Shown piece after piece: positions 21,470-30,903 of a stretch of 64,000 bases of DNA. Position 1 is the first letter of the stretch; each line of letters begins with the position of its first letter. The position numbers were made by a program, and so were the translations under genes. The notes under the pieces were generated by a model that made no database searches, was not told where the DNA came from, and was given only the letters and a program-made list of their open reading frames with translations. Source of the DNA: an uncultured Gammaproteobacteria bacterium (GTDB lineage Bacteria; Pseudomonadota; Gammaproteobacteria; SZUA-229); assembly GCA_942492025.1 (NCBI GenBank), contig CALODJ010000003.1:451841-515840 (forward strand). The letters are read 5' to 3'.

Positions 21470-21995
21470 AAACTACACTACTCTGAAAATCCATTCGTCA
21501 TGCCATTACTCATGAAACATGCGTAGCTGTCGATCGGTTTTCGTTAATCATCGATCCGGTGCTACGCTTGGACCATTCCCGACCAGTCAGGATGTCATAT
21601 GTCCACTTGATCGGTCAGCCTTATCAGGCCGCTTTGCAGATGGCTTCCTCTTTCGCTCATAGACAACTTTAACCGGAATTCCGGGCCATATATCGGCATT
21701 CGACGAGAAATTCAGGCGTAACTGACCACGCAAACCACCTGACCTTTTGAACCCCGGTCACCGTGACCCGATTCAAAAGCACCGTCTTAGCGGGTACCCC
21801 AGCGTTTGCAACAGCCATTAGCATCGAGGCTCCATACACCGAGTTCATACCCGTCGCTTACGATCAAACATCGTCCACAGAAATGACAACCTATACCGTC
21901 TCTGGCCTTGCCATGGCCATTACCGGATATTGTCTCATCATGAATTTATTATACACCTGCGCTTGTGAAAAGGTGTGTTTCTTCACACTATTTAG

Positions 21996-22086
21996 CCCGC
22001 ATTTCTCACCAGGCGGCGTAGAAAACTGATATGGCATTGGCTATTCGGAGTAAAGCCAGGATGACACAAAATACAGTGTGTATTCC
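21996..22086. repeat. MITE fragment (left ~90 bp only).
   Basis: TA-GCCCGCATTTCTCACCAGGCGGCGT... matches the left end of the 30593 copy. Confidence 0.65.
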
Positions 22087-22128
22087 CGCCTGAGCAAATG
22101 GCATGGCCCGGCCTTACCCTTTTTTTCG

Positions 22129-24075
22129 TCAGTTGCCCGCTTGCAGACGAACGTCCCCTCTGGAACAGGCGATGGGTACTTCGAATATCTGGTCTTCCGG
22201 GAAAGACTGGGTCACGATCCAGATCTGGGTGATATCGTCGCTGAGTTCGGGTAACACCTGGATCGCCTTCCGCGTTCTTTTCTCATCGAAAAAGGCGAAC
22301 GGCTCATCCAGGAATACGAACTGCTGACTCTCCACATTGCGGTTTACCAGTTCTTGCGAGAGCGCCAGACGAACCGCCAGCATGATCTGGCGTTGGGTGC
22401 CGCTGGAGATCTCCTCCAGGTCCATGAAGTCCCTTTTTTCGTTCGAAAACACGCGCACGCTGAGGTCTTCGTCGATCTGCAGATGCTCGTATCGATCTTC
22501 CGTGAACAGCGGCAGGGTGTGGCCGACCAGGTCCCTCAGTTCTTGATTAAACCGTCGGGACAATTGGCGGATAGCCCCATGGAGCAAGTCGTTCGCCAGC
22601 TCGCGCAGCTGAATCCCGCGTTCGTATTCGCGCATGCTCTGCTCGAAACTTTCTTGCGAAAGCGTCAAGTTCTCTGCTGTTTTCAAGCGTTGTCTCTCTT
22701 CCCATATCGGTTGTTCCAATGCATCCATACGCTGTTTGAGATCATCCATCCGGTCCCGCATCCAATTCAGCTCCCTCCCGACGGCATCACGCACCTCGGC
22801 TGGCGCCGCCTCGGAGGATTCGATGCGTCTGCAAAGTGCGGCAATCTGTTGGTCGTCCAGACGTGGAGGCAGATTCGCTTCGGTGTCACCGCTTCCTGAT
22901 TCGCCTGAGTTGTGATGCGGTTCTTCTATCGTCGAATCTTCGCCAGATGTTGCTTCCCTGACGGTCGATTCACCCCCCGTTTGCATCGAATCGATGTCCA
23001 GGACTGGATCAGTCTGGCCGGCATCTGCCCGCAGTCTCATCAGTTTTTCGGCCAAAACGGGGGAGCCTCGTTGAAGCTTCGCAGCGCGGTTGTTCAGGGA
23101 GGATACCCGGGCCCAGAACAGTAGAAAAAGCACCACGAAACCTATACCCCCGTACAACAGCCAGGGAAGCTGGGCTTCACTCCATTGAGGGATCAGCCGA
23201 GAAAGTGTGTTGGTCAATCCCTGGACGTATTCATTCGCCGGCAGGTACGCTATGAGCACCCAGGCGCCCGTCAGAACCACCGCCAGACTCAAACTTAGAA
23301 ATCGCAGAAATCGAGCCCGGGCACGGCGACTTTCGGCTGTGCGAATCGCGGGCAACGCATCCTGATAGGCGATCGAAGCTTGTTCGATTTGGTCGGCCTG
23401 ATCCTTGATCTGCGCCGCGGATTGCCCCAGCTCGGCGTGTTCCTGCTGCATCGAAGGTAGGCGGTCGGGCTGGATGTTTAGATCCGCCAGCTCCTGCTCG
23501 GTTTCCTGGAGCTGAAGCCGGATTTTTTCCCGTTCTTCATGCTGCGCCTCGATCTCATCGTGGTATTCGTCAGACACCATTCGCAACGAGGTCAGACCAG
23601 CCATAGCCTTTACCGCATCGCTGTGTGGGTGGGGTGCAGTAATTTCGCGCTGTGCGAGATAAAAGGATTCGATAAATTCGTCGTACCCGTATCCCAGTAG
23701 ACCCTGGAGCGCTCTGTCTACGAATTCAACTCCGCGAGTAATTGGCAGGTCCTGCTCGCCGACACGGTTCAAGCGGGCTCCCTGGTTGCCATCTCGGTCG
23801 AAAAACCGGGTGATTTCATAGTGTTCACCGTCTCCGATTCGAAAGCGGAGCGTTGCGCTACAACGGGTCTCACCCCACCGAATCAGCTTGTCCAGTTCCT
23901 GACTGGTAAGAGAGAAGGTTCGGCCAAATAACGCAAAGCAGATGGTCTCTCCGATAGTGCTCTTGCCGGATTCGTTCAGGCCGTGGATGGCTATTAGCCC
24001 TTTTTCAGGAAGATTGTTCAGCTCAAGACTGGCATATTTGAGAATGTTTTCCGCTATCAAATCCGTGATAATCAT
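22129..24075 (-). CDS. SMC/SbcC/RecN-like ABC ATPase carrying a central transmembrane hairpin (a membrane-anchored SMC-like protein).
   Basis: Walker A GLNESGKST, Q-loop YLAQRE, signature-like ISSGTQRQ, Walker B FVFLDEPFAFFD, and long coiled-coil-like Q/E-rich arms. Two hydrophobic helices (LSLSLAVVLTGAWVLIAYL and LLYGGIGFVVLFLLFWA) sit where a hinge would be. Confidence 0.65.
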   Translation of the reverse strand: MIITDLIAENILKYASLELNNLPEKGLIAIHGLNESGKSTIGETICFALFGRTFSLTSQELDKLIRWGETRCSATLRFRIGDGEHYEITRFFDRDGNQGARLNRVGEQDLPITRGVEFVDRALQGLLGYGYDEFIESFYLAQREITAPHPHSDAVKAMAGLTSLRMVSDEYHDEIEAQHEEREKIRLQLQETEQELADLNIQPDRLPSMQQEHAELGQSAAQIKDQADQIEQASIAYQDALPAIRTAESRRARARFLRFLSLSLAVVLTGAWVLIAYLPANEYVQGLTNTLSRLIPQWSEAQLPWLLYGGIGFVVLFLLFWARVSSLNNRAAKLQRGSPVLAEKLMRLRADAGQTDPVLDIDSMQTGGESTVREATSGEDSTIEEPHHNSGESGSGDTEANLPPRLDDQQIAALCRRIESSEAAPAEVRDAVGRELNWMRDRMDDLKQRMDALEQPIWEERQRLKTAENLTLSQESFEQSMREYERGIQLRELANDLLHGAIRQLSRRFNQELRDLVGHTLPLFTEDRYEHLQIDEDLSVRVFSNEKRDFMDLEEISSGTQRQIMLAVRLALSQELVNRNVESQQFVFLDEPFAFFDEKRTRKAIQVLPELSDDITQIWIVTQSFPEDQIFEVPIACSRGDVRLQAGN

Positions 24076-24392
24076 GCGACGCCCCCTGTTTCTAACGTCT
24101 GGAGTCTGCGCACGGTCATTTCCACAGCTTGCTCAAACAACGCTTCGTCGAAGGCATCCCCCGAATTTCTGCGGTGATGGATCTCAGACTCGCAGTAGAT
24201 GGCGAATTCCCTGGATGCTTTTTTCAGTATCCCGGGGTCACCGGGGGTGGGTTCCTCTTGTTCGAAGCGCTCGATCACCGCTCCCGCCCGTTCGGTCGAC
24301 TCCGGGGCAGTCGCCTCGGTTTCCGCACTGACCAGGGACGCATCCTCCGGCGCGACACCGTTGGGAGACGTGACTTGTTGATCTTCGTTCAT
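24072..24392 (-). CDS. Small acidic hypothetical protein translationally coupled to the SMC-like ATPase.
   Basis: The ATGA stop/start overlap with the downstream gene, a GGAGAA RBS before MNEDQQ, and ~107 aa rich in E/D/A. Confidence 0.5.
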   Translation of the reverse strand: MNEDQQVTSPNGVAPEDASLVSAETEATAPESTERAGAVIERFEQEEPTPGDPGILKKASREFAIYCESEIHHRRNSGDAFDEALFEQAVEMTVRRLQTLETGGVA

Positions 24393-24866
24393 ATTGAGTT
24401 CTCCACTGTGTTGTTGGTCGCTCCCGGATACCCTGTGCCCGTCGAGCACCGAGCCAAGAGAGTCGTTCTTGATCCGTTACACAGTAGCAAAAAAAAGGAT
24501 GGAAACGAACCGGTGGTAGAACCCATTCGCCTATCCGGATAACCGCGGCCCCGTTCATCTGGTGCGAAATGCGGGCTGATTCGTGGAATCTATTAGAGGA
24601 CTACGCCATTCCCGGCCCAATGACGCTGGCCTGCTGTATGTATCGACTCCTGCGATGCAGAGCCGGCAGTAGCCGTAGAGCATTCCGCCGCGAATTCCTC
24701 ACACTATTGCGCGATATTCGCGGCGGAAACTGTTCTTTTGCCGAGATTTCTGTGTTACGTACGGTGTTCGTGCACCCTGTAGGTCTTCAAATACACGAGC
24801 GTTTGTTTGCGGACTGATGACGCCACCTGTATTAATGCTGCGCTGTTTACGTTTGAGCACCAAACA

Positions 24867-25550
24867 TTACTTGATTTCCAGTAACTCGAGCTCGAACAGC
24901 AGCGTGGAGTTGGGTTCGATCACCTCGCCGCGTTTTTGTGCGCCGTAGGCCAGATCAGCAGGTATGTAGAGCTCCCACTTATCGCCAACCTTCATCAACT
25001 GCAGGGCTTCAGTCCAGCCTTTGATGACACCTTTGACGGGAAAGCTGGCGGGTTGGCCGCGACTGTATGAACTGTCGAATTCGCGGCCATCGATGAGTGT
25101 GCCACGGTAATGGGTCGTGACGGTATCTTCCGGCTTGGGTGTCGGGCCATCGCCACTCTTGATGACCTTGTACTGCAATCCGCTGTCCGTTGTTACCACA
25201 CCTTCTTTTTTAGCGTTGTCGGCAAGAAACTTTTTGCCTGCTTCGAGGTTTTTCGCCGCCATTTCTTGCTGTTTCTGCACCAGCTCGGCGCGCAGTTTTT
25301 CGGTATATTCGGCTTTGAACTGGCCCATTTCACCCGCCTCAAAAGCCAGCTCTTTACCCGAAGCTGCATCCATGATGCCGCGTGTGAGCGCCGAGATATC
25401 CAGGTCAATTCCCTGTTGTTTCAACCGCTTGGCAAAATCCACGCCAAAACTGTAACTGGCTTTCTGTTCCAGCGTTTTTAGTCCTTCAGCAGCGTGGCCT
25501 ATTATCGGTACAAATAAAACAGTGATCAGTGTCAATGAAAATCGATACAT
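24867..25550 (-). CDS. fkpA: FKBP-type peptidyl-prolyl cis-trans isomerase, periplasmic (FkpA-like).
   Basis: Signal peptide plus an FKBP domain GLQYKVIKSGDG...HYRGTLIDGREFDSS...LFELELL. Confidence 0.85.
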   Translation of the reverse strand: MYRFSLTLITVLFVPIIGHAAEGLKTLEQKASYSFGVDFAKRLKQQGIDLDISALTRGIMDAASGKELAFEAGEMGQFKAEYTEKLRAELVQKQQEMAAKNLEAGKKFLADNAKKEGVVTTDSGLQYKVIKSGDGPTPKPEDTVTTHYRGTLIDGREFDSSYSRGQPASFPVKGVIKGWTEALQLMKVGDKWELYIPADLAYGAQKRGEVIEPNSTLLFELELLEIK

Positions 25551-25728
25551 GGTGAATATTTCCTGCTAGTCGCAATCGAGGACGCAACTTATCAGGTCAA
25601 TCGGCCAACTGCAATATCGGAACCCGCTATAATGCTGCGTCAAACGTGTCGAGAACAGACTTGAAAATGTCATGAACTCTGGCCTCTGTGTTTGGTCAGA
25701 CGTAGTCATTGTCACGGTAGGAACAATT

Positions 25729-27090
25729 ATGATTGGTTTTAAAAAATCAGGCGTCGTATTCAGCTTTCTGTTACTGCTCTTGCCGGGGATGGCTGTCTCT
25801 CACACGCCACCCGAAGTACCTGACAATGGCATACCGACGCTCGCTCCAATGGTGGAAAAAGCGAGACCCGCGGTGGTGAATATCGCCACCACCGGTCACG
25901 TTGATATGCAGAACCACCCTTTGCTGAACGATCCCTTCTTCAAGCGTTTCTTCGAAGGCTACAGAGACCTGCCGCAACGCAAGGAAACGAAAAGTCTGGG
26001 CTCGGGTGTCGTCATCGACGCGGAAAACGGCTATATCGTTACCAACCACCATGTGGTCGAGGATGCCCAGGAAATCGCTATCACCATGCACAATGGCAAC
26101 CATTTCGAGGCTAAACTGATCGGATCCGATCCGGAAGTCGATATTGCCATCCTGCAGGCCGATATCAAGGGGCTGCAGGCAATCCCATTCGGCAATTCTG
26201 ATAGGCTGCGTGTCGGTGATTTTGCGGTCGCTATCGGAAATCCCTTTGGACTTGGGCAGACAGTGACGTCCGGTATTGTCAGTGCCCTGGGTCGAACCGG
26301 GCTGGGTATAGAGGGGTACGAGAATTTCATACAGACCGATGCATCGATCAACCCGGGTAACTCGGGCGGTGCGCTGGTCAACCTGAGGGGAGAGCTGATC
26401 GGCATCAATACCGCCATTCTCGCTGCGGGTGGACAAGGCAATGTGGGCATCGGTTTTGCTATTCCAATCAATATGGTGCGACAGATCGCCGATCAGCTGA
26501 TTGAGTATGGCGAAGTTCGCCGGGGTATGCTCGGGGTGATCATGCAGAACCTGACGCCAGAACTGGCAGGGGCATTCGGGCTGGATCTACATCAGGGTGT
26601 CGTGATTTCCCAAGTCATCGAAGACACAGCGGCCGAGCGGGCGGGTCTTGAGGTGGGCGATGTTGTAGTCGCAATCAATGGTACGCCCGTGAAAAGCGCT
26701 TCTGCCATGCGCAATATGGTGGGCTTACTCCGGGTTGGCGATGAAATGAACATCAGCGTGATTCGTGACGGTGAAAAGAAAATGGTACTAGCGGTCGTTG
26801 GTGACGTGAATGACCTGTCCATGGCCGGCACGAAAATCAATCAACGTTTTGCGGGTGCCACCATCGAAGAAAAGGAAAAAGCCGGAAAGACGATGCTCGT
26901 TGTGACTGAAGTACAGGAAGACAGTGCGGCCTGGCACGCGCATCTGCGCGAAGGTGATATCATTCTGTCCGTTAACCGCAAACCCGTACAAACGTTGGCA
27001 GAGTTGCAGAAAATCGTTGGTGACAAGGACGCGCAAATACTGCTGAACATACAACGCGGCCGCACGGCACTGTTTGTGTTGATCGAGTAA
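25729..27090 (+). CDS. degQ: Periplasmic serine endoprotease of the DegP/DegQ (HtrA) family, with two PDZ domains.
   Basis: Catalytic GNSGGAL, an H..D..S triad context and PDZ-like repeats. Confidence 0.88.
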   Translation: MIGFKKSGVVFSFLLLLLPGMAVSHTPPEVPDNGIPTLAPMVEKARPAVVNIATTGHVDMQNHPLLNDPFFKRFFEGYRDLPQRKETKSLGSGVVIDAENGYIVTNHHVVEDAQEIAITMHNGNHFEAKLIGSDPEVDIAILQADIKGLQAIPFGNSDRLRVGDFAVAIGNPFGLGQTVTSGIVSALGRTGLGIEGYENFIQTDASINPGNSGGALVNLRGELIGINTAILAAGGQGNVGIGFAIPINMVRQIADQLIEYGEVRRGMLGVIMQNLTPELAGAFGLDLHQGVVISQVIEDTAAERAGLEVGDVVVAINGTPVKSASAMRNMVGLLRVGDEMNISVIRDGEKKMVLAVVGDVNDLSMAGTKINQRFAGATIEEKEKAGKTMLVVTEVQEDSAAWHAHLREGDIILSVNRKPVQTLAELQKIVGDKDAQILLNIQRGRTALFVLIE

Positions 27091-27094
27091 CGGA

Positions 27095-27532
27095 CTAGCT
27101 GTTGGGTGTGTCATGCACCCAGCGTTCACTTTCATCCGTGGTTTCTTTTTTCCAGAAAGGGGCGCGCGCCTTCAGTTCTTCGATAAGAAAACGACAGGCG
27201 TCAAACGCCTCTGCACGGTGAGCAGACCAGGCAGCGACCAGCACAATCGCATCGCCGGGCAGGATTTTACCATGACGATGGATGATCAGACAGTCGACCA
27301 GGTTCCAGCGGCTGACAGCATCCTCTACTGCGGATTCGAGGAATTGCTGCGTCATTTCAGGATAGTGTTCGAGTGTCATCGAGTGAACACTGTCGCCGAG
27401 ATTGAAGTCACGCATCGTGCCGATAAACGTGGCGCAGGCGCCCTGTTGGCCTCTGGCCAGGCCAGCCTCCCGCTCCGACAGTGACTGCCAGGGATCAAAT
27501 GCCTCGCGAGTCAGCGTGACCGTCATGAGCAA
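27095..27532 (-). CDS. moaE: Molybdopterin synthase catalytic subunit.
   Basis: MoaE consensus ...HRHGKILPGDAIVLVAAWSAHR. Confidence 0.85.
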   Translation of the reverse strand: MLMTVTLTREAFDPWQSLSEREAGLARGQQGACATFIGTMRDFNLGDSVHSMTLEHYPEMTQQFLESAVEDAVSRWNLVDCLIIHRHGKILPGDAIVLVAAWSAHRAEAFDACRFLIEELKARAPFWKKETTDESERWVHDTPNS

Positions 27533-27762
27533 CCCCCGGTCACCGGTGGGAAAAATGCGATTTCATCACCGTCATCGATGTGATCGTCAAAGTGTGCATG
27601 AACCATGTTGATCGCGCACAGGGTGTTGTCCGGCCGGTTTAGATGGTCAGTCACGTGGTCCCAGACATCCGCTACCGTTGTCAGGTTCTGCGCCTCGACC
27701 GTGATATCGCTCAGCCCGGTTTGTTCAGCCAGGCTGGCAAAAAACTTGACATTTAATTGCAT
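27523..27762 (-). CDS. moaD: Molybdopterin synthase sulfur-carrier subunit.
   Basis: It is 79 aa and ends in FPPVTGG(+2). It overlaps the moaE start. Confidence 0.8.
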   Translation of the reverse strand: MQLNVKFFASLAEQTGLSDITVEAQNLTTVADVWDHVTDHLNRPDNTLCAINMVHAHFDDHIDDGDEIAFFPPVTGGCS

Positions 27763-27834
27763 ATTAGAACTATAACGGCTTTATGGTGGCCATGTCACTT
27801 GTTAAGCTTTCAAGGTTGATATTGAAAAAGCGGT

Positions 27835-28350
27835 ATGATGACCCGATTGAATCACTTTAATGATGCCGGCGAGGCGCACATGGTTGATGTCGGCGACAAG
27901 CAGGTCACGGCACGCAAGGCGGTTGCGCAGGGCAGGATACAGATGCAGGCGGAGACGCTGAGGCGCATCATCGATGGCAAACACAACAAGGGTGATGTCC
28001 TGGGTGTGGCACGTATAGCGGGTATCATGGCGGCAAAGAAAACCTCTGATCTTGTCCCGCTTTGCCATCCTCTGACACTGACCCATGTTGAAATAGAGCT
28101 GGTTACGGATACGGTGCTGCAGTCCGTGTTGTGCCAGGCAACCGTTGAAACCCGGGATGTTACCGGCGTTGAGATGGAGGCGCTGAATGCCGTGCAGGTC
28201 AGCTTGCTGACCGTTTATGATATGTGCAAGGCTATTGATCGCGGCATGTTGATTACCGACATTGGCTTGATCAGCAAGTGTGGTGGGCATTCGGGCGACT
28301 GGCACAGTGAAGCGCCACCTTTGATTAAACGTTATACCTCCGCGGAATGA
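27835..28350 (+). CDS. moaC: Cyclic pyranopterin monophosphate synthase accessory protein.
   Basis: [22 protein letters not shown]-terminus, typical of MoaC. Confidence 0.88.
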   Translation: MMTRLNHFNDAGEAHMVDVGDKQVTARKAVAQGRIQMQAETLRRIIDGKHNKGDVLGVARIAGIMAAKKTSDLVPLCHPLTLTHVEIELVTDTVLQSVLCQATVETRDVTGVEMEALNAVQVSLLTVYDMCKAIDRGMLITDIGLISKCGGHSGDWHSEAPPLIKRYTSAE

Positions 28351-28357
28351 ATACCTT

Positions 28358-30592
28358 ATGAAAAAGCTGAAACTCGTTCTGAAAATTTTTGGCATTGTTG
28401 TCGTGCTTTTGCTGCTTGTTGTGGCAGCATTTGTTTTTACCTTCGACCCGAATAACTATAAAGATACCATCACCGCCCAGGTTGAAAAACAGACCGGGCG
28501 TGATTTTGAAATTGCGGGTGATATCCGCCTGTCAGTCTTTCCCTGGATTGGAATCAAGGTCGAAGATGTAAAACTGGCGAACGCAAAGGGTTTCAGTGAT
28601 GAGCCGTTTGCGCGAATGGCGCAGCTTGACGTCAAGGTCATGCTAATGCCCTTGTTGCGCAAAGAACTGCAAGTTGACAAGGTACGTCTGCATGGCCTGT
28701 TTGCTTCGCTGGAGGTCGATGAACAGGGCAACAACAACTGGTCGGATCTGGCCGGGCAGGAAGATGTCTCGCAACAGCCGCCCACACCAGAGCAGACAGT
28801 CGATGAGGGTGAACAGCCGCCGGCACTGGCAGCACTGGCCATCAATGGTGTTGAGTTGATTGATGCCTCTGTGAAGTGGACGGATCTGCAGAATAATGTG
28901 CACTCGCATTTGTCAGGATTCAGTCTGACCATGGGCGCTATTCGTTTCAATGAAGCGGTGGATATCGAATTAAATACCAGCGTTAAGCACAATGAGCCCG
29001 AACTTGATGCCCAGATCAATCTGACGACCCGGCTTACCTTCAACGAGGCGTTTACCAATGTGTTACTGGATGCATTAAAGCTGAAGGTAACAGCCAATGC
29101 ACCGTCGCTGTTCACCGAACAAGTGGACTTGCTGTTGCTGAGTAATATCAATATTGATGTCGATCAACAGGTTGCGGCATTGAATAACACCAGCGTATCG
29201 GCTATGGGTGTGACTTTATATGTCAACGTGGAAGTGGCCAATCTGGTATCAGAGCCGGTGATCAGTGGAAACGTTTACACGGACGACATCAACGCGCGTA
29301 TTCTGGCGGGCCGCCTGGGCATTGAACTACCGCCCATGGCCAGCGATAGCAGTATGACAAAAATCGCCTATGCGTCCACATTCAAGGCGAGTGCCAATAT
29401 GATAGAGATGAACGCTATCAAGCTGACGCTGGATGACACGGATATCACAGGCTGGTTACATGTGCCCGATGTGGCACAACCGACGGTGCGTTACAAACTG
29501 CACATGAGTTCGATCGATGCTGATGCCTACCTGCCGCCGGTCAGCGATGTCGCAGCAGGGGAGCCAATCCCGGCTGGCCCAGTTGAGGGTACGGCGGCCG
29601 TTGACTCCAGCGCAGATCCGGACGATGCTGAAATCGAGTTACCGGTCGAATTGCTGCGCAAACTCAATATGGAAGGCCAGCTGAACATGGACAGTGTCAC
29701 AGTCAACAAAATACCGCTCACTGCTATACTGGTCGAAACGCAGGCCAAAGCAGGCTTGATACGGATTGATCCACTGCAACTGAAAACACTCGATGGCAAT
29801 GTTAACGGCAGCGTGATGATGAATGTGAAAGGCGAGACGCCCGCTTATTCGGTTGGCCTGAAAGCCTCGAACATACGCCCGGGACCGGTTGTCAACCCGA
29901 TGCTTGTAGGGGTGTTTGGAGAGCAGGAAGTGACCCTGGAGGGTGCGGCCAACATGCTCGCGGACATCAACACCAGCGGTACGCGCGTCTCGCAGTTAAA
30001 GCAGGTGGCCAAAGGCAAGCTGACGTTCGATATGGCCAAGACCGTGCTGCAGGGCGTCGACTTCGAACACTTTGCGCGTAATGTGGTGGCTGATTATCTG
30101 GCCACAAAGAGTCTGCCTGTACCCGCCGACTGGCGTGGCAGCCTTAATCCGGAAACGAAAACCGCGTTTAACCGTGCCCATGCCAGTGCCGTGGTGGCGA
30201 ACGGTGACATCACCAATCCTGACTTGATTCTGGATTCGACCCGACTCAAGGTCACCGGCCAGGGTGTGGTAAATATCATGCGCAACGATATGGATTATCG
30301 CGCACTGGTGGATATCAAACCACCACGCCGGCAAACGACCGCAGATAAGTTACTGGATCAACCGATAGCGGTGCATATTCACGGTCCATTCGAGCTGTTG
30401 GCATACGATGTCGACACCAGCCAGATCGCCAGTTCCTTGTCCAGTCTGCTCGAGGCCGAGGCCAAGGCCAAAATCAACAAAGAGTTAGAGGAAGAAAAAG
30501 CCAAGCTGAAGGAAAAAGCTAAACAGGAAGAGGACGAGATCAAACAAAAACTCGAGGACAAATTAAAGGACAAGTTAAAAGGTCTGTTCTAG
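28358..30592 (+). CDS. asmA: AsmA-family outer-membrane assembly protein with a K/E-rich C-terminal tail.
   Basis: N-terminal TM anchor followed by the AsmA N-domain (ITAQVEKQTGRDFEIAGDIRLSVFPWIGIKVEDVKL), for a total of 744 aa. Confidence 0.8.
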   Translation: MKKLKLVLKIFGIVVVLLLLVVAAFVFTFDPNNYKDTITAQVEKQTGRDFEIAGDIRLSVFPWIGIKVEDVKLANAKGFSDEPFARMAQLDVKVMLMPLLRKELQVDKVRLHGLFASLEVDEQGNNNWSDLAGQEDVSQQPPTPEQTVDEGEQPPALAALAINGVELIDASVKWTDLQNNVHSHLSGFSLTMGAIRFNEAVDIELNTSVKHNEPELDAQINLTTRLTFNEAFTNVLLDALKLKVTANAPSLFTEQVDLLLLSNINIDVDQQVAALNNTSVSAMGVTLYVNVEVANLVSEPVISGNVYTDDINARILAGRLGIELPPMASDSSMTKIAYASTFKASANMIEMNAIKLTLDDTDITGWLHVPDVAQPTVRYKLHMSSIDADAYLPPVSDVAAGEPIPAGPVEGTAAVDSSADPDDAEIELPVELLRKLNMEGQLNMDSVTVNKIPLTAILVETQAKAGLIRIDPLQLKTLDGNVNGSVMMNVKGETPAYSVGLKASNIRPGPVVNPMLVGVFGEQEVTLEGAANMLADINTSGTRVSQLKQVAKGKLTFDMAKTVLQGVDFEHFARNVVADYLATKSLPVPADWRGSLNPETKTAFNRAHASAVVANGDITNPDLILDSTRLKVTGQGVVNIMRNDMDYRALVDIKPPRRQTTADKLLDQPIAVHIHGPFELLAYDVDTSQIASSLSSLLEAEAKAKINKELEEEKAKLKEKAKQEEDEIKQKLEDKLKDKLKGLF

Positions 30593-30899
30593 CCCGCATT
30601 TCTCACCAGGCGGCGTGGAATACTGGTAAGACATTGGTTTTTTGGAGTGAAGCTCGGATGATTAAAAATACAGTGTGTTATTCAAGCCTGCCTATCACGG
30701 TTCAGGCTGGTCTTGGTTTGCATGAGATCGTAGGGTGCGCTGTGCGCACCGTGAATCTTCAGTGTGCTGGGCTGTTTCGGTGCGCACGGCGCACCCTACG
30801 GTCGCTTCGCCCAAGCTGTTGCTACGCTTTTCGCTCCAGAGCGGCGCTTTCGAGCACGAATCCTGCGCCTGCTCCCGTGATCCTGGTGAGAAATGCGGG
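30593..30899. repeat. MITE, full copy (307 bp), flanked by cTA ... TAg. It ends 4 bp upstream of the mutY start codon.
   Basis: Perfect 18-bp TIRs CCCGCATTTCTCACCAGG / CCTGGTGAGAAATGCGGG and an internal REP palindrome. It is near-identical to 184-489. Confidence 0.8.
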
Positions 30900-30903
30900 C
30901 TAG

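Noticed and set aside
28358-30592. The C-terminal KEKAKQEEDEIKQKLEDKLKDKLKG tail of AsmA as a separate or fused feature.
   Set aside because: It is a low-complexity charged tail contiguous with the AsmA ORF, so there is no evidence for a separate feature.
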